Assembly (NCBI GenBank): GCA_035623825.1
Contig: DASPSR010000021.1
Span: forward strand, 40,342-104,341
Origin: Nitrospirota bacterium
GTDB taxonomy: Bacteria > Nitrospirota > UBA9217
Length of the DNA: 64,000 bases
Direction of reading: 5' to 3'
The first letter of the stretch is position 1. Each line of letters begins with the position of its first letter. The notes under the pieces were generated by a model. That model was not told the origin of the DNA. It was given only the letters and a program-made list of their open reading frames with translations, and made no database searches. The position numbers were made by a program, and so were the translations under genes. This document shows, piece by piece, positions 51,356 through 64,000 of this stretch.

Positions 51356-52933
51356 TTATCTGGTTAACACCGTCCGCTTCCTCCAGTTCCTCCCCTTGGT
51401 CGGGAAATCACTCCTGAAGTGTGCGCCCACACTGCCTTCGCGGATGAGCGCCGAGCGGGTGATGAGGGAAGCGGTGGTGACCATGTTCTTGAGCTCGAAG
51501 ATATTGCGATCAGGTGCGTGATTCTTCATCATCCGATCCCATTCACTGAGCTGCCTGGCCGCCGCGGTCAGATCTTTTTTGTTCCGAACAATCCCTACCT
51601 TTTCCCACATGAGCTTTTTCAATAAAGTGCGAATCGCGGTGATGTTCCGTGATGAACCCGAGGGAGAACCGTCCGTGTGCCCGTAGTTCATGGCATGGCG
51701 GGGAAGGGAACGGCTGCCGTCATTCTGCTTGCGCGCATACCGGGCTGCGGCGATTCCGGCACGTTCTCCGAAGACCAGTCCTTCCAACAGGGAGTTGCTC
51801 GCCAAACGGTTCGCGCCGTGCACGCCGGTGCAGGCCGTTTCTCCTGCCGCGAACAGTCCCGGAAGCGTCGTGGCTCCCCAGATGTCGGTTTTTACGCCTC
51901 CCATGATGTAGTGGGCAGCGGGCGAGACCGGGACCGGCTCTTTCGTGATGTCGATGCCGAGTTTAAGGCAGGTGGCATAGATGCGGGGGAATCGCCTGAT
52001 CACGTAATCACCGTTCAGATGAGTCATGTCAAGATATACATGATTGGCGCCGGTTGCGGTCATTTCTGCGTGAATGGCTCGCGTGACCACATCGCGGGGA
52101 GCGAGTTCTCGCGCCGGATGATAACCATCCATGAAACGCAGGCCATGGATGTTCCTGAGCATACCCCCTTCGCCTCGCATCGCCTCAGAGAGCAGGAACT
52201 GCGGCGCGCCCTCGCGGAGGAGCGCTGTGGGATGGAACTGGACGAACTCCATGTCCACGAGCATAGCGCCCGCACGATAGGCCATGGCCATGCCATCACC
52301 CGTCGCGACCGGCGGGTTCGTGGTGCGTGCATACAGCTGGCCCGCGCCGCCAGTTGCAAGGACCACTGCGCGTGCAGAGATCATGAGGACCTTCCGAAGC
52401 GCCTGCTGACATACGACCGCGCCCGTGATCCTCCCGTTCCTGACGATAAAATCCCTGGTGAATGCAAAGTCGATTTTTGACACGTTGCCTGCTGAGCGGA
52501 CTTTGTCCGTCAGGACACGCATGATCTCCCGCCCCGTGGAGTCGCCCTGCGCGTGGAGAATCCTCCGCTTGGAGTGGGCCGCTTCCTGCGTGAAGGCCAG
52601 CTTCGTGCCTTCCTTGTCGAATTCGGCACCCCAGAGTATGAGTTCTCTGATCCTCGTAGTGCCTTCCTCAACGAGCGTGCCCACAGCTTTGCGCAGACAG
52701 AGCCCGTCACCTGCCTTGATGGTGTCCTCGAAATGGATCGATATTTCATCTTCGTCGGACAGCGCCACGGCGACGCCGCCCTGCGCGTATTCGCTGCTGC
52801 TCTCGGAAGGCGCGTCCTTGGTCACAACAAGGACTTCTCCGTTCCGAGCAAGCTCGATTGCCGCGCGGAGCCCGGCAACACCACCGCCGATGATGAGGAA
52901 GTCCGTCTGTATGTGTTCGGTAGCGTACGACAT
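51356..52933 (-). CDS. nadB: L-aspartate oxidase
   Basis: GGGVAG, AQGGVA, EAAHSKRRILH, QFHPT, SEAMRGEG, HGANRLASNSLLE. Confidence 0.94.
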   Translation of the reverse strand: MSYATEHIQTDFLIIGGGVAGLRAAIELARNGEVLVVTKDAPSESSSEYAQGGVAVALSDEDEISIHFEDTIKAGDGLCLRKAVGTLVEEGTTRIRELILWGAEFDKEGTKLAFTQEAAHSKRRILHAQGDSTGREIMRVLTDKVRSAGNVSKIDFAFTRDFIVRNGRITGAVVCQQALRKVLMISARAVVLATGGAGQLYARTTNPPVATGDGMAMAYRAGAMLVDMEFVQFHPTALLREGAPQFLLSEAMRGEGGMLRNIHGLRFMDGYHPARELAPRDVVTRAIHAEMTATGANHVYLDMTHLNGDYVIRRFPRIYATCLKLGIDITKEPVPVSPAAHYIMGGVKTDIWGATTLPGLFAAGETACTGVHGANRLASNSLLEGLVFGERAGIAAARYARKQNDGSRSLPRHAMNYGHTDGSPSGSSRNITAIRTLLKKLMWEKVGIVRNKKDLTAAARQLSEWDRMMKNHAPDRNIFELKNMVTTASLITRSALIREGSVGAHFRSDFPTKGRNWRKRTVLTR

Positions 52934-52998
52934 TGTCAGTGTTTTTTTATCGCAGAGGGCAAGGAGTCATGCTCTGTGCTTGGCTCAATGGGTTACGC

Positions 52999-53481
52999 TC
53001 ATTTTGCTACTTCCCCGTGCTCTCCAACCGGCTGGGGGATGAAGGGGTTCTTGCCATCGATGGAGACGAGCGTCGCTTCCCGCGGGTCGAAGACAAAAGT
53101 GGATCTGCCGCTGTTCTTCTGAACGCTCCCGCCGGCGGTCCGCCACTCACTGTCCCAGTTGAACGCCACCTTTGTCATGCCGTGCTCTTCCACGGTGATA
53201 AGCATCTTCGTGTACTGGATCGTGAAGCGGACCGTATCGTATTTCGCTAATACCGATTCGATAGATGCAGCAAAGGCCTGTCTGTCCTTGTAGGCGTTTG
53301 CGATCTTGCCCATGAAGGCCGAAGGCTCCTTCTTTTCGAAGGCACGGCTCATGTCCTGCAAGGAGGCGAGGACCTTGTTACTCTGGATTGCGGATTGCCC
53401 CAACGGCTTTTTTGCGCCACTGCATGCGGCTCCGGTAAGAATGAGCAACGATATGAAGAGACAAGACAGTGTGCGGTCCAT
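52999..53481 (-). CDS. hypothetical lipoprotein
   Basis: Lipobox GAAC after a hydrophobic stretch; GGAGG RBS. Confidence 0.72.
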   Translation of the reverse strand: MDRTLSCLFISLLILTGAACSGAKKPLGQSAIQSNKVLASLQDMSRAFEKKEPSAFMGKIANAYKDRQAFAASIESVLAKYDTVRFTIQYTKMLITVEEHGMTKVAFNWDSEWRTAGGSVQKNSGRSTFVFDPREATLVSIDGKNPFIPQPVGEHGEVAK

Positions 53482-53496
53482 AATGCCTCCGACAGT

Positions 53497-53587
53497 AAAT
53501 TTAAGATAAAATGCAAAATCGTGGAACGGCTTTCGGCCGCATCTCGTTCATTTTACAATTTCAAAGCATCAATTTACAATTTACAAC
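53497..53587. repeat. degenerate inverted heptamer arrays
   Basis: AAATTTAAGATAAAATGCAAAAT ... TTTTACA ATTTCAA AGCATCA ATTTACA ATTTACA. Confidence 0.55.
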
Positions 53588-56388
53588 ACTTTTTTTATGA
53601 ATTGGCCCGTGTACGACTCTTTCACCTTGGCCACGACTTCGGGCTCGCCTTCAGCTACGATCTGACCTCCCCGGTCCCCACCCTCCGGTCCGAGATCGAT
53701 GATCCAGTCCGCGGTCTTTATGACGTCGAGATTATGCTCTATCACCACCACGGTGTTGCCTGATTCCACGAGTTGATTCAGCATGTCAAGCAGCTTCTGG
53801 GTATCGGCAAAATGGAGGCCCGTCGTGGGCTCATCCAGGATGTAGAGCGTGCGGCCTGTGGCGCGCCGCGAGAGCTCTTTAGAGAGCTTTACGCGCTGCG
53901 ACTCCCCACCGGAGAGCGTGGTTGCGGATTGGCCCAGTGTGATGTATCCGAGGCCGACATCCGTGAGTGTCTGGAGCTTGGATCTGATAGGCGGTATGGC
54001 CTGGAAAAAATCGAACGCCTGCTCCACCGTCATGGCCAGCACCTCAGCGATGTTCTTGCCCTTGTACCGGATGTCGAGGGTCTCGCGGTTGTAACGGCTG
54101 CCGTGGCACACGTCGCAGGTCACATACACGTCCGGGAGAAAGTGCATCTCGATCTTGATAAGGCCGTCGCCTTCGCACGCCTCGCACCTTCCGCCCTTGA
54201 CATTGAAGCTGTAGCGTCCGGGCTTGTACCCGCGCACGCGCGATTCAGGAAGCATGGCGAAAAGGTCGCGGACAGGGCCGAACACGCCGGTGTAGGTGGC
54301 CGGATTAGAGCGCGGTGTCCTGCCGATGGGGGACTGGTCGATGTCGATCACCTTATCGATATGCTCCAAGCCGACGATGTCCTTATGTTTCCCCGACCGC
54401 TCGGTGGAGCGATACAACCGCTGCGCGAGCGCCCGGTACAGGATGTCTACCACGAGCGTACTCTTGCCCGACCCCGAAACGCCGGTTACGCAGGTCAGTA
54501 CGCCGAGGGGGAACCGCACATCGATGCTCTTTAGATTGTTCTCGGTCGCTCCGATGACGGAAAGGGACTTCTCCGATTTTCTGCGCGTTTTAGGGACGGA
54601 AATGAACGCTTTGCCCGAAAGGTACTGGCCGGTGATTGAAGAGCCGTTTTTCTGGATATCCCCGGGCGTTCCCTCGGCAACTATCTCGCCGCCATGGACT
54701 CCGGCCCCGGGTCCCATGTCGATCACGTGGTCGGCTGAACGAATTGTCTCTTCATCGTGCTCCACCACGAGCACGGTGTTGCCAAGGTTTCGGAGCCGGA
54801 ATAAAGTGTCGAGGAGCCTCCGGTTGTCGCGCTGGTGAAGTCCAATGCTCGGTTCATCGAGGATATAGAGAACGCCCACCAGGGACGAGCCGATCTGCGT
54901 GGCGAGCCGGATACGCTGTCCTTCGCCGCCAGAGAGCGTGGCCGCGCCACGGTCGAGGGTGAGGTAGTCGAGGCCCACGTGCACCATGAACCCGAGCCTT
55001 TCGCGGATCTCCTTGAGGATCCGCTGGGCAATTGCTGTCTCTTTCTCTGTGAGCGTCAGACCCGCAAAGAACGACAGCGCCCGCTTGATGCTCATGCGGG
55101 TGACATCATGGATGCTCATGTCGGCCACTTTGATCGCAAGCGCCTCCTTGCGCAGCCTGCTTCCGCCGCAGTCAGGGCAGGTCTGGTAGCTCATGTACTG
55201 TTCGAGCTCCCACTGGGTCGCGAAGGAATCCGTCTCGTCGTAGCGCCGTTTCAAGATCTCAATGATGCCTTCGAAGGGTTTGCACGTCGCTGTTCCCTTG
55301 CCTCCGCGGAGTGTCTTGGTTTTTGTCCCATTTTCCTTGAAGCCGAAGAGCAGCATTTTCTGCTGCGCCGGCCTCAGCTCCCTGAAGGGCGTGTTCACGT
55401 CGAAGCCGCACGATCTGGCCAGGGTCTCGAGCATCTGGAAATACTGGAACGACGTGCGCTTGGCCCAGGGCTTAATAGCACCCTCGCGGAGTGAGAGATT
55501 GGCGTTCGGAACTATGAGGTCGGGGTCGAACTCGAGCAGGCCCCCGAGCCCGTCACAGGTAGGGCAGGCGCCCTGGGGGCTGTTGAACGAGAAGAGCTGC
55601 GGCGTAATCTCGGGGTAGCTTATGCCGTCTACGATACAGGCGAGTTTTTCGCTGTAGAGCAGGTCCTTCTTCTGCTCCACGAGGTTCACGAGCACAATTC
55701 CGTCGGCCAGACGGAGGGCGGTCTCGATGGATTCGGCAAGCCTTCGCTCAACACCGGGCCTGACCACGAGACGGTCGATCACGATTTCGATGTCATGCTT
55801 CTTTTTCTTGTCCATCGGGATTGGCTCGGCGAGTTCCTTGATCTCGCCGTCGACCCGCGCGCGCACGTAGCCGGAGGCCGCGGCTGCCATAAGCTCTTTT
55901 TTGTACTCGCCCTTCCTGCCACGCACGATCGGGGCGAGGATCTGGATGCGCGTGTCCTCGGGAAGGGCCATGACCGAGTCGGTGATCTGCTGCACGGTCT
56001 GGGCGGCTATTTCCCTGCCGCACTGGTAGCAGTAAGGTTTCCCGATGCGCGCGAAGAGCAAGCGGAGGTAGTCATACACCTCGGTAACAGTTCCGACGGT
56101 AGAACGGGGGTTCTTACTCGTGGTTTTTTGCTCTATGGCGATGGCCGGCGAGAGCCCGTCGATGGAGTCCACGTCCGGCTTGTCCATCTGGCCGAGGAAC
56201 TGGCGCGCATAGGCTGATAGGCTCTCCACGTACCTCCGCTGGCCCTCGGCATAGATGGTGTCGAAGGCGAGGGACGATTTTCCCGAGCCCGACAACCCCG
56301 TGATCACCACGAGCTTGTCCCTCGGGATTTCGAGGTCGATGTTCTTGAGATTGTGCTGACGACAGCCTTTTACGATGATCTTGTCCAT
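53581..56388 (-). CDS. uvrA: excinuclease ABC subunit A
   Basis: GLSGSGKSS and GVSGSGKST Walker A motifs, LSGGE twice, zinc fingers, LDEP. Confidence 0.98.
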   Translation of the reverse strand: MDKIIVKGCRQHNLKNIDLEIPRDKLVVITGLSGSGKSSLAFDTIYAEGQRRYVESLSAYARQFLGQMDKPDVDSIDGLSPAIAIEQKTTSKNPRSTVGTVTEVYDYLRLLFARIGKPYCYQCGREIAAQTVQQITDSVMALPEDTRIQILAPIVRGRKGEYKKELMAAAASGYVRARVDGEIKELAEPIPMDKKKKHDIEIVIDRLVVRPGVERRLAESIETALRLADGIVLVNLVEQKKDLLYSEKLACIVDGISYPEITPQLFSFNSPQGACPTCDGLGGLLEFDPDLIVPNANLSLREGAIKPWAKRTSFQYFQMLETLARSCGFDVNTPFRELRPAQQKMLLFGFKENGTKTKTLRGGKGTATCKPFEGIIEILKRRYDETDSFATQWELEQYMSYQTCPDCGGSRLRKEALAIKVADMSIHDVTRMSIKRALSFFAGLTLTEKETAIAQRILKEIRERLGFMVHVGLDYLTLDRGAATLSGGEGQRIRLATQIGSSLVGVLYILDEPSIGLHQRDNRRLLDTLFRLRNLGNTVLVVEHDEETIRSADHVIDMGPGAGVHGGEIVAEGTPGDIQKNGSSITGQYLSGKAFISVPKTRRKSEKSLSVIGATENNLKSIDVRFPLGVLTCVTGVSGSGKSTLVVDILYRALAQRLYRSTERSGKHKDIVGLEHIDKVIDIDQSPIGRTPRSNPATYTGVFGPVRDLFAMLPESRVRGYKPGRYSFNVKGGRCEACEGDGLIKIEMHFLPDVYVTCDVCHGSRYNRETLDIRYKGKNIAEVLAMTVEQAFDFFQAIPPIRSKLQTLTDVGLGYITLGQSATTLSGGESQRVKLSKELSRRATGRTLYILDEPTTGLHFADTQKLLDMLNQLVESGNTVVVIEHNLDVIKTADWIIDLGPEGGDRGGQIVAEGEPEVVAKVKESYTGQFIKKVL

Positions 56389-56822
56389 AAAGCAATGGGT
56401 AAGAAACGTAATTGTACCACCTCACGAATACGTAGTAAAGGGCTTTGTAAATGGCAATACAGCGACAAAATGATAAAGGCCCTGACATCGTATACCGAAT
56501 CGTCAAAAAGACTATTCCTGGAGTATAAGAAAGATCACAATATGTCTGCGAAAAGAATAATGGCAGGGAAATGAGGGAGCCACGCGCTCCGGCTTGCTCT
56601 CAACTGTTTTTGTGACCACTCGCCTGCGATAAGAAAATTTTCATTGCGAGCCAATAATTTCGCTACCAAAGATGGATAAAAAGTGATACTATGTCGGACT
56701 GAACGTCCCGTGATCGCCACGAGAGGGGGGTCTGTCAATATCAGGACAAAGGTGAGGACGCGAAGGGTGACAGCTTTTTCGGATTCTTATCCCGATTTCT
56801 ATCCTGAACATAAAATTCTGGA

Positions 56823-57668
56823 ATGGCAAAGATAGTCGAAAAGAAACTGCTCCGGGCGCCCGATGTCTATTATTATAAGCTCTCGGCGCCGCTCATATCG
56901 AAAAAGGCCCAGCCTGGTCAATTCGTCATCATCAGACTCCACGAAAGTGGAGAGCGAATCCCGCTCTCCCTTGCGGACATAAATCCGGGGGAGGGCACGA
57001 TTAGCCTGATCGTGATGGCGGTCGGAAAGACCACGACTGAAATGTCACGTATGAAGGCAGGCGACGACGTTCTCGATCTCTGCGGACCGCTTGGGAATCC
57101 CACCCACATCGAGAAGGTCGGGAAGGCCATGCTCGTTGGCGGGGGCTTTGGCGTTGCCCCCCTCTACCCCATTGCGCGCGCATTGAAAGCCGCGGGCAAT
57201 GAGGTGGTTTGCATTATGGGGGCGCGCTCCAAGGACCTGCTGATCTACGAGCAGGAGATGGAACAGGTGAACGACCGGCTGATCGTGACGACGGATGACG
57301 GCAGCAGGGGGACGAGAGGGATTGTGACCCAGGCGCTGCAGAAGGAGTTGGAGAAGAGGGACACTGCGCTGGTGCTCGCGATCGGACCTGCGATCATGAT
57401 GAAGGCCGTATCAGAGACGACCGCTCCTTTCGGCGTCAAAACTATCGTCAGCCTGAACCCGATCATGGTCGACGGCACGGGCATGTGCGGAGGGTGCCGA
57501 GTGACGGTTGGCGGCGAGACCCTGTTCGCCTGCGCTGACGGACCCGAATTCGACGGACATCTCGTGGACTGGGACATCCTCATGAACCGTCAGAAGAAGT
57601 ATGCTCTCGAGCAGAAAGAATCGTTTGAATCTTGGCTCCAGCGACACTCCGGGGCTATGTGCGAATAA
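56823..57668 (+). CDS. nfnA: NfnA (SudB-like FAD/[2Fe-2S] subunit)
   Basis: PGQFVI, ERIPL, GPLG, DGTGMCGGCRV..CADGPEF. Confidence 0.85.
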   Translation: MAKIVEKKLLRAPDVYYYKLSAPLISKKAQPGQFVIIRLHESGERIPLSLADINPGEGTISLIVMAVGKTTTEMSRMKAGDDVLDLCGPLGNPTHIEKVGKAMLVGGGFGVAPLYPIARALKAAGNEVVCIMGARSKDLLIYEQEMEQVNDRLIVTTDDGSRGTRGIVTQALQKELEKRDTALVLAIGPAIMMKAVSETTAPFGVKTIVSLNPIMVDGTGMCGGCRVTVGGETLFACADGPEFDGHLVDWDILMNRQKKYALEQKESFESWLQRHSGAMCE

Positions 57669-57735
57669 CTCAAGGATAATGAGCGCTGACACAATACATC
57701 GTGCGCTTTGCGCCATGGTCTCCGCGTAATCTCTC

Positions 57736-59151
57736 ATGACGAATCGGACCTCAAGAAAAATAATCCCTAAGAAAACACCGATTCCCGAACAGGACCCCCT
57801 CGTCAGACGATCTAATTTTGACGAGGTCGCATTGGGCTATACGCCCGAGCAGGCAATGCGGGAAGCGGGACGGTGCCTTCAGTGCAAGGAGTCACCGTGC
57901 GTGGCCGGCTGCCCGGTAAACATCCAGATCCCGCGGTTCATCAATGCGATTCGTGAAGGCGACTTCACGGTGGCAATAGAAATCATAAAAGAAAACAACA
58001 TCTTGCCTGCGGTCTGCGGCAGGGTCTGCCCCCAGGAGAACCAGTGTGAAAAACTCTGCACCCTGGCGAAGAAATTCGAGCCCGTCGGCATCGGCCGCCT
58101 CGAGCGGTTTGTGGCCGACTGGCAGATGCGGAACGGGGGCGCAAAAGTGCCGATCGCAGTGCCGCAGAGCGGCAGGCGGGTAGCCGTAATCGGGAGCGGG
58201 CCATCGGGTCTCACCTGTGCTTATGACCTGGCACGAAGAGGACATTCGGTAACGATTTTCGAGGCCCTCCATGAGCCGGGAGGTGTCCTTGTCTACGGCA
58301 TTCCAGAATTCCGCCTCCCGAAAAAAATCGTGGCGCTCGAGATTGAGATTCTAAAACGCTTGGGCGTGAGCATCCTAACCAACGCCGTTGTGGGCAAGCT
58401 CCTCAGCGTCGATGAGATCCTCGAGGAGTTCGACGCCTGTTTTATTGGGACGGGCGCCGGCCTTCCACGGTTCATGGGCATCGAAGGCGAGAACCTAAAC
58501 GGAGTCTATTCGTCGAACGAGTTCCTGACACGTATCAATCTCATGAGAGCGTACCGTTTTCCTGAATACGATACCCCCGTCAAGCGGGGGGATCGAGTGG
58601 CTGTAGTGGGCGGCGGCAACGTCGCCATGGACTCCGCCCGAACCGCTCTCCGCTTGGGCGCGAACGAGGTGGTCATGATCTACCGCCGGTCTCTGGTGGA
58701 ACTCCCGGCCCGAAAGGAGGAGGTACACCATGCGCAGCAAGAGGGTATCCGCTTTGAGCTCTGCACCAACCCCGTTCGGATCATAGGGGCGCAAGGCGCC
58801 ATCACAGCAATCGAGTGCGTCCGGATGGACCTGTGCGAGCTTGACGCGTCAGGCAGGAGATCGCCAAAACCGGTGGCGGGTTCAGAATTCCGTATTCCCG
58901 CCGACATCGTGATCATGGCTGTAGGCACCGGCGCAAACCCGTTGATTCACCGGAGCACGAAGAACCTGGCAGTCAATAAAAGGAAATACCTCGTCACCGA
59001 CGAAGAAACAGGCCTCACGAGCAGGGCTGGCGTGTATGCCGGCGGCGACATCGTGACCGGTTCCGCCACGGTCATCTCTGCCATGGGCGCCGGCAGGAAG
59101 GCGGCACGGGCGATGCATGAGTACCTAATGCAAAAAACGCCTAAACCCTAA
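57736..59151 (+). CDS. nfnB: NfnB (GltD/SudA-like FAD/[4Fe-4S] subunit)
   Basis: RCLQC..CVAGCP, CGRVCPQENQCE, GSGPSG, GGGNVAMD, YRR; adjacent to nfnA, no gltB nearby. Confidence 0.85.
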   Translation: MTNRTSRKIIPKKTPIPEQDPLVRRSNFDEVALGYTPEQAMREAGRCLQCKESPCVAGCPVNIQIPRFINAIREGDFTVAIEIIKENNILPAVCGRVCPQENQCEKLCTLAKKFEPVGIGRLERFVADWQMRNGGAKVPIAVPQSGRRVAVIGSGPSGLTCAYDLARRGHSVTIFEALHEPGGVLVYGIPEFRLPKKIVALEIEILKRLGVSILTNAVVGKLLSVDEILEEFDACFIGTGAGLPRFMGIEGENLNGVYSSNEFLTRINLMRAYRFPEYDTPVKRGDRVAVVGGGNVAMDSARTALRLGANEVVMIYRRSLVELPARKEEVHHAQQEGIRFELCTNPVRIIGAQGAITAIECVRMDLCELDASGRRSPKPVAGSEFRIPADIVIMAVGTGANPLIHRSTKNLAVNKRKYLVTDEETGLTSRAGVYAGGDIVTGSATVISAMGAGRKAARAMHEYLMQKTPKP

Positions 59152-59274
59152 TGCTCCAGCTGTCTTTTTTCCTGTGTCATTCCTCCACGCACTGCATCCC
59201 ACATCGCGATTTTTTGTGCAATTTTCTATAATCAAAAACTTTGCAGTCATTTATATTATTTATAGGTAAAAATC

Positions 59275-59303
59275 TTGACAATGGTTTTGGGTTGTGATAG
59301 TTT
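59275..59303 (+). promoter_or_regulatory. sigma70 promoter of the atp operon
   Basis: TTGACA-17 bp-TAGTTT with extended TGn. Confidence 0.6.
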
Positions 59304-59363
59304 TTTTAAACTTTCAACCACCTAACAAATGTTTCTCTGTTTCGATAGAGAGGCGCTTCTACA

Positions 59364-59789
59364 ATGATAGACATTAACCACACGCTCTGGTTCCAGCTCA
59401 TCAACTTCATCGTACTGCTCATTGCGCTCAACTTCATCCTCTTTAAACCTATCAGGCAAATCATGCAGGAGCGCGAGCAAGGTATTAGCTCGTCGCTCGG
59501 CGATGCCAAGGCCGCGCAGGAGCGCACACAGGATCTTCTGGACCGGTATAACGCCGCACTGGCCGAGGCCAAGCAGAATGCCGCCACGACCTATAACGCA
59601 ATTTACCAGCGGGGCCTTGATGCCCAGCGGGACATGATCTCCGTGGAGCGCACGAAGGCCGGCGAGATGCTGGACAGGGCGCGGACCGAGATCGTGACGG
59701 CGGCCAACACGGCACGCACCGACCTTAAGAAAGAAGCAGAAAGGCTGTCTCAGGAGATTACGGCAAAACTGCTTGGAAGGGCGGTGTAG
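59364..59789 (+). CDS. atpF2: ATP synthase F0 subunit b'
   Basis: QLINFIVLLIALNFILFKPI..ER, coiled coil, KLLGR. Confidence 0.9.
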   Translation: MIDINHTLWFQLINFIVLLIALNFILFKPIRQIMQEREQGISSSLGDAKAAQERTQDLLDRYNAALAEAKQNAATTYNAIYQRGLDAQRDMISVERTKAGEMLDRARTEIVTAANTARTDLKKEAERLSQEITAKLLGRAV

Positions 59790-59803
59790 CGGTGAGGAAC
59801 GTG

Positions 59804-60379
59804 ATGATGAAAAGGATCTTGCCTGCTATCCATACGCTTTCGATGATACTCGCAAGCGGCATAGCCATGGCCGCGGAAGAAGGCCCTGCCGAACAGACGA
59901 CTTTTCTAGGAGACTGGTTGCCGCGGCTGGTCAACTTCGGCATCATTGCAGCGATCGTCATCTATTTCACGAGGAAGCCGATCCGTGATTTCTTCAAGAA
60001 CCGCTCCGTCGAGATCGCGAAGGCCATGCAGGAATCCAAAGAGGCACGGGAACGCGCTATCGCGGCCCTTGAGGCCATGGAGCGGAAGATCAAAGATGTC
60101 GAAGCTGAAACGAACAAGCTGATCGCCGAGGCTCAGTCCCGCGGCGAGAAGGATCGGCAGGCGATCATCGAAGAAGGCAAGAAGGTCGTGGCGGACATCC
60201 AGGCCCAGGTCAAGCAGGGGATTGATATCGAGGTCCAGAAGGCAAAAAACGAGCTGGCAGTCGAAGCATCGCTCCTTTCCATCGACCTCGCAGAAGGAAG
60301 GATCAAGGAGAAAATCAGCAGCCAGGACCATGAGCGTATTGTAAAGGAATATATCGCCAAGATGGGAGGCAAGGGTTGA
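59804..60379 (+). CDS. atpF: ATP synthase F0 subunit b
   Basis: LVNFGIIAAIVIYF..KPI..FF..R, coiled coil; N-terminal extension; start uncertain (59792-59807). Confidence 0.9.
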   Translation: MMKRILPAIHTLSMILASGIAMAAEEGPAEQTTFLGDWLPRLVNFGIIAAIVIYFTRKPIRDFFKNRSVEIAKAMQESKEARERAIAALEAMERKIKDVEAETNKLIAEAQSRGEKDRQAIIEEGKKVVADIQAQVKQGIDIEVQKAKNELAVEASLLSIDLAEGRIKEKISSQDHERIVKEYIAKMGGKG

Positions 60380-60912
60380 TCAGGATCATCGCAAAGAGAT
60401 ACGCAAAGGCCCTCGTGGAACTGAGTGAGGAGAAGAAGACCGTTGATAAGACCAAGGCTGACCTTGCCGCATTCGTCGGCGCCGTGGATGCCCTGCCGGC
60501 CATGCAGAAGCTCTTTGCAAGCCCTGTATTTACGCCAGAGAACAAGAGGGCGGTGATCAGGGACCTTGCCGGGAAACTGGGCATGCAGCCGACAACGCAG
60601 CGGTTTGTGGAACACCTGGCGGAAACGGGCAGAATCAGGTATGTAAAAGACGTGAATGAGGCGTTCCAGGAAATTCTCACGGAGCGCCAGAACCGGGCTG
60701 CCGTGCGCTTGACCACAGCCGTTGCAATCAACAACGGCGACCTTGCGGATATCAAGCAGAAGCTTGAGGGACTGACCGGCAAGCAGGTAGATATCGACTC
60801 GCGGGTCGATACGACCCTCATAGGCGGTGCAAAGGCCCAGATCGGGAGCACGATTTACGACGGGACCATCAAGAACCAGCTAAACAAGATGCGCAGTCAA
60901 TTAATGAGCTAA
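60376..60912 (+). CDS. atpH: ATP synthase F1 delta
   Basis: IAKRYAKAL, VD..LIGG..IG..IYDGTIK. Confidence 0.95.
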   Translation: MIRIIAKRYAKALVELSEEKKTVDKTKADLAAFVGAVDALPAMQKLFASPVFTPENKRAVIRDLAGKLGMQPTTQRFVEHLAETGRIRYVKDVNEAFQEILTERQNRAAVRLTTAVAINNGDLADIKQKLEGLTGKQVDIDSRVDTTLIGGAKAQIGSTIYDGTIKNQLNKMRSQLMS

Positions 60913-62454
<1,542 letters not shown>

Positions 62455-62458
62455 GAAA

Positions 62459-62580
62459 AATACGAACCGAACTCCGAATGTCGAAACTGCCCTAATTTTC
62501 TTTTGATGCAGAACTTGAAACGTTTTTAAACTTTGGTGCTTTGAGATCATAACGGATTTGTGATTTCGGATTTTATATCT
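62459..62580. repeat. degenerate heptamer arrays between atpA and atpG
   Basis: ..CGAA..CGAA..CGAAT..CGAAA on the left; GGATTTG TGATTTC GGATTTT ATATCTC on the right. Confidence 0.45.
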
Positions 62581-62596
62581 CGAGCAAGGATTCGAT

Positions 62597-63463
62597 ATGC
62601 CCAGCTTAAGAGACATAAGAAGAAAGATCACGAGCGTCAAGAAGACCCAACAGATCACCAAGGCGATGAAGATGGTGGCGGCCGCAAAGCTCCGCCGAGC
62701 GCAGGATCGAGTAATCGCGGCGCGACCGTATTCACGGAAGATGCTCGCAGTTATCGCGAACCTTGCGGGGCGCGTCGAGCGGGCACAGCATCCACTCCTC
62801 GCCAAGCGCGAGCCCAAGAAAGTCAATCTTGCCGTGCTCACATCTGATCGGGGGCTCTGCGGCGCTTACAATACCAATATCCTGCGCAAGGCAGTGGAGG
62901 TGATCAGGCAGTTCCAGGCCGACGGCAAGGAAGTGAAGGTGAATGTTATCGGCAGAAAGGGCCGTGATTTTTTCCGCAAACGCTCGGCCTATACGTTAGG
63001 CAAGGTGTGGTCCGACCTCGGCATGATCGACTATGAAAAGGCCGCTGACGTCGGCAAGAGCGTCGTCGAGCGTTTTTCCGCGGGCGAGACCGATGAGGTC
63101 TACCTCCTCTATAACGAGTTCAAGAGCGTGATCCAGCAGAAAGTGACGTTGGAAAAACTCCTGCCCGTTGAGCCGCCTGCGGAAGCTGACCCCTTCATGG
63201 CGGCCGTCGATTATCTCTACGAACCTTCAGCCGAATCGATTCTTGGCTCCATCCTGCCGAAGCATATCGAGGTGCAGGTGTTCCGCGCGATGCTGGAGAG
63301 CCAGGCGAGCGAAATGGGAGCGCGGATGACCGCCATGGACTCCGCTACCCGGAACGCCAAGGACATGATCGAACGTCTGACACTCAAATTCAACAAGCAG
63401 CGGCAGGCGGCGATCACCAAGGAAATTTCCGAGATCGTGGGCGGTGCGGAAGCTTTAAAATAA
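62597..63463 (+). CDS. atpG: ATP synthase F1 gamma
   Basis: [38 protein letters not shown]. Confidence 0.98.
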   Translation: MPSLRDIRRKITSVKKTQQITKAMKMVAAAKLRRAQDRVIAARPYSRKMLAVIANLAGRVERAQHPLLAKREPKKVNLAVLTSDRGLCGAYNTNILRKAVEVIRQFQADGKEVKVNVIGRKGRDFFRKRSAYTLGKVWSDLGMIDYEKAADVGKSVVERFSAGETDEVYLLYNEFKSVIQQKVTLEKLLPVEPPAEADPFMAAVDYLYEPSAESILGSILPKHIEVQVFRAMLESQASEMGARMTAMDSATRNAKDMIERLTLKFNKQRQAAITKEISEIVGGAEALK

Positions 63464-63539
63464 ATTCTGGAAGTTGGAAATCGAAATCTATTCAGTTTCA
63501 GTTCAATATTCGAAGAATGATGGTAACAGGGGGTTATCA

Positions 63540-64000
63540 ATGAGCACAGGGAAAATAGTACAGGTGATGGGCGCTGTGGTCGACTGCGAGTTCCCCGTCG
63601 GGAGCCTTCCACAGTTGATGAACGCACTCCGGATTGATCAGGCCGAGGATAAGAGTGCGGGGACGCCTGAGACGCACCTGACGCTCGAGGTTGCGCAGCA
63701 CCTCGGCGAGAACCGGGTGCGCACAGTGGCCATGTCGTCGACGGACGGTCTCACGCGCGGCATGAATGTCCAAGACACGGGAAAGCCCATCTCCATGCCT
63801 GTGGGGAAAGAAGTGCTTGGCCGCATCATGAACGTGATCGGCGAGCCTGTGGACGAACTGGGTCCGATTGGGACCAAGGAAACGCTCCCCATTCACCGGC
63901 CAGCGCCAAAGCTCGAAGAACTTGATCCTACGAAGCAGCTCTTCGAGACCGGCATCAAGGTTATCGACCTTCTGGAGCCATACACAAAGGGGGGGAAGAC
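63540..64000 (+). CDS. atpD: ATP synthase F1 beta (5' part, runs off the window)
   Basis: Manual translation [51 protein letters not shown]. Confidence 0.97.
   Translation, partial: MSTGKIVQVMGAVVDCEFPVGSLPQLMNALRIDQAEDKSAGTPETHLTLEVAQHLGENRVRTVAMSSTDGLTRGMNVQDTGKPISMPVGKEVLGRIMNVIGEPVDELGPIGTKETLPIHRPAPKLEELDPTKQLFETGIKVIDLLEPYTKGGK

Noticed and set aside
56389-56520. LexA/SOS box upstream of uvrA
   Set aside because: No GAAC-N4-GTTC or CTGT-N8-ACAG match seen

Overview
Bacterial chromosomal window, most likely from an anaerobic dissimilatory sulfur-cycling organism. The gene set and style suggest a Nitrospirota/Desulfobacterota-like lineage (inference only). Bases 1-8900 are a lower-GC accessory zone. 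It holds the edge of an integrative element (an AEP primase-SF2 helicase fusion followed by a duplicated tmRNA-type 3' end at 3040-3059), a small secreted 10-Cys protein with a near-consensus sigma70 promoter, a multi-PAS hybrid kinase with a candidate sigma54 promoter, and decayed ORFs. The middle holds mixed metabolic genes. These include a hidden selenoprotein (PrdB/GrdB family, in-frame UGA in a UxxC motif with a downstream SECIS-like hairpin, split into two ORFs by the ORF track), cspA with a terminator in its leader, a plant-type thrC-metB pair and putA. The core is a sulfate-activation module, adk-sat-aprBA-qmoABC-CBS-hppA. It is followed by guaA, an FTR/glutaredoxin pair, nadB, uvrA, nfnAB and the atpF'FHAGD half of a split ATP synthase operon, truncated at the window end. 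No rRNA, full tRNA, CRISPR array or transposase was seen. All calls rest on motif recognition; no database searches were run.
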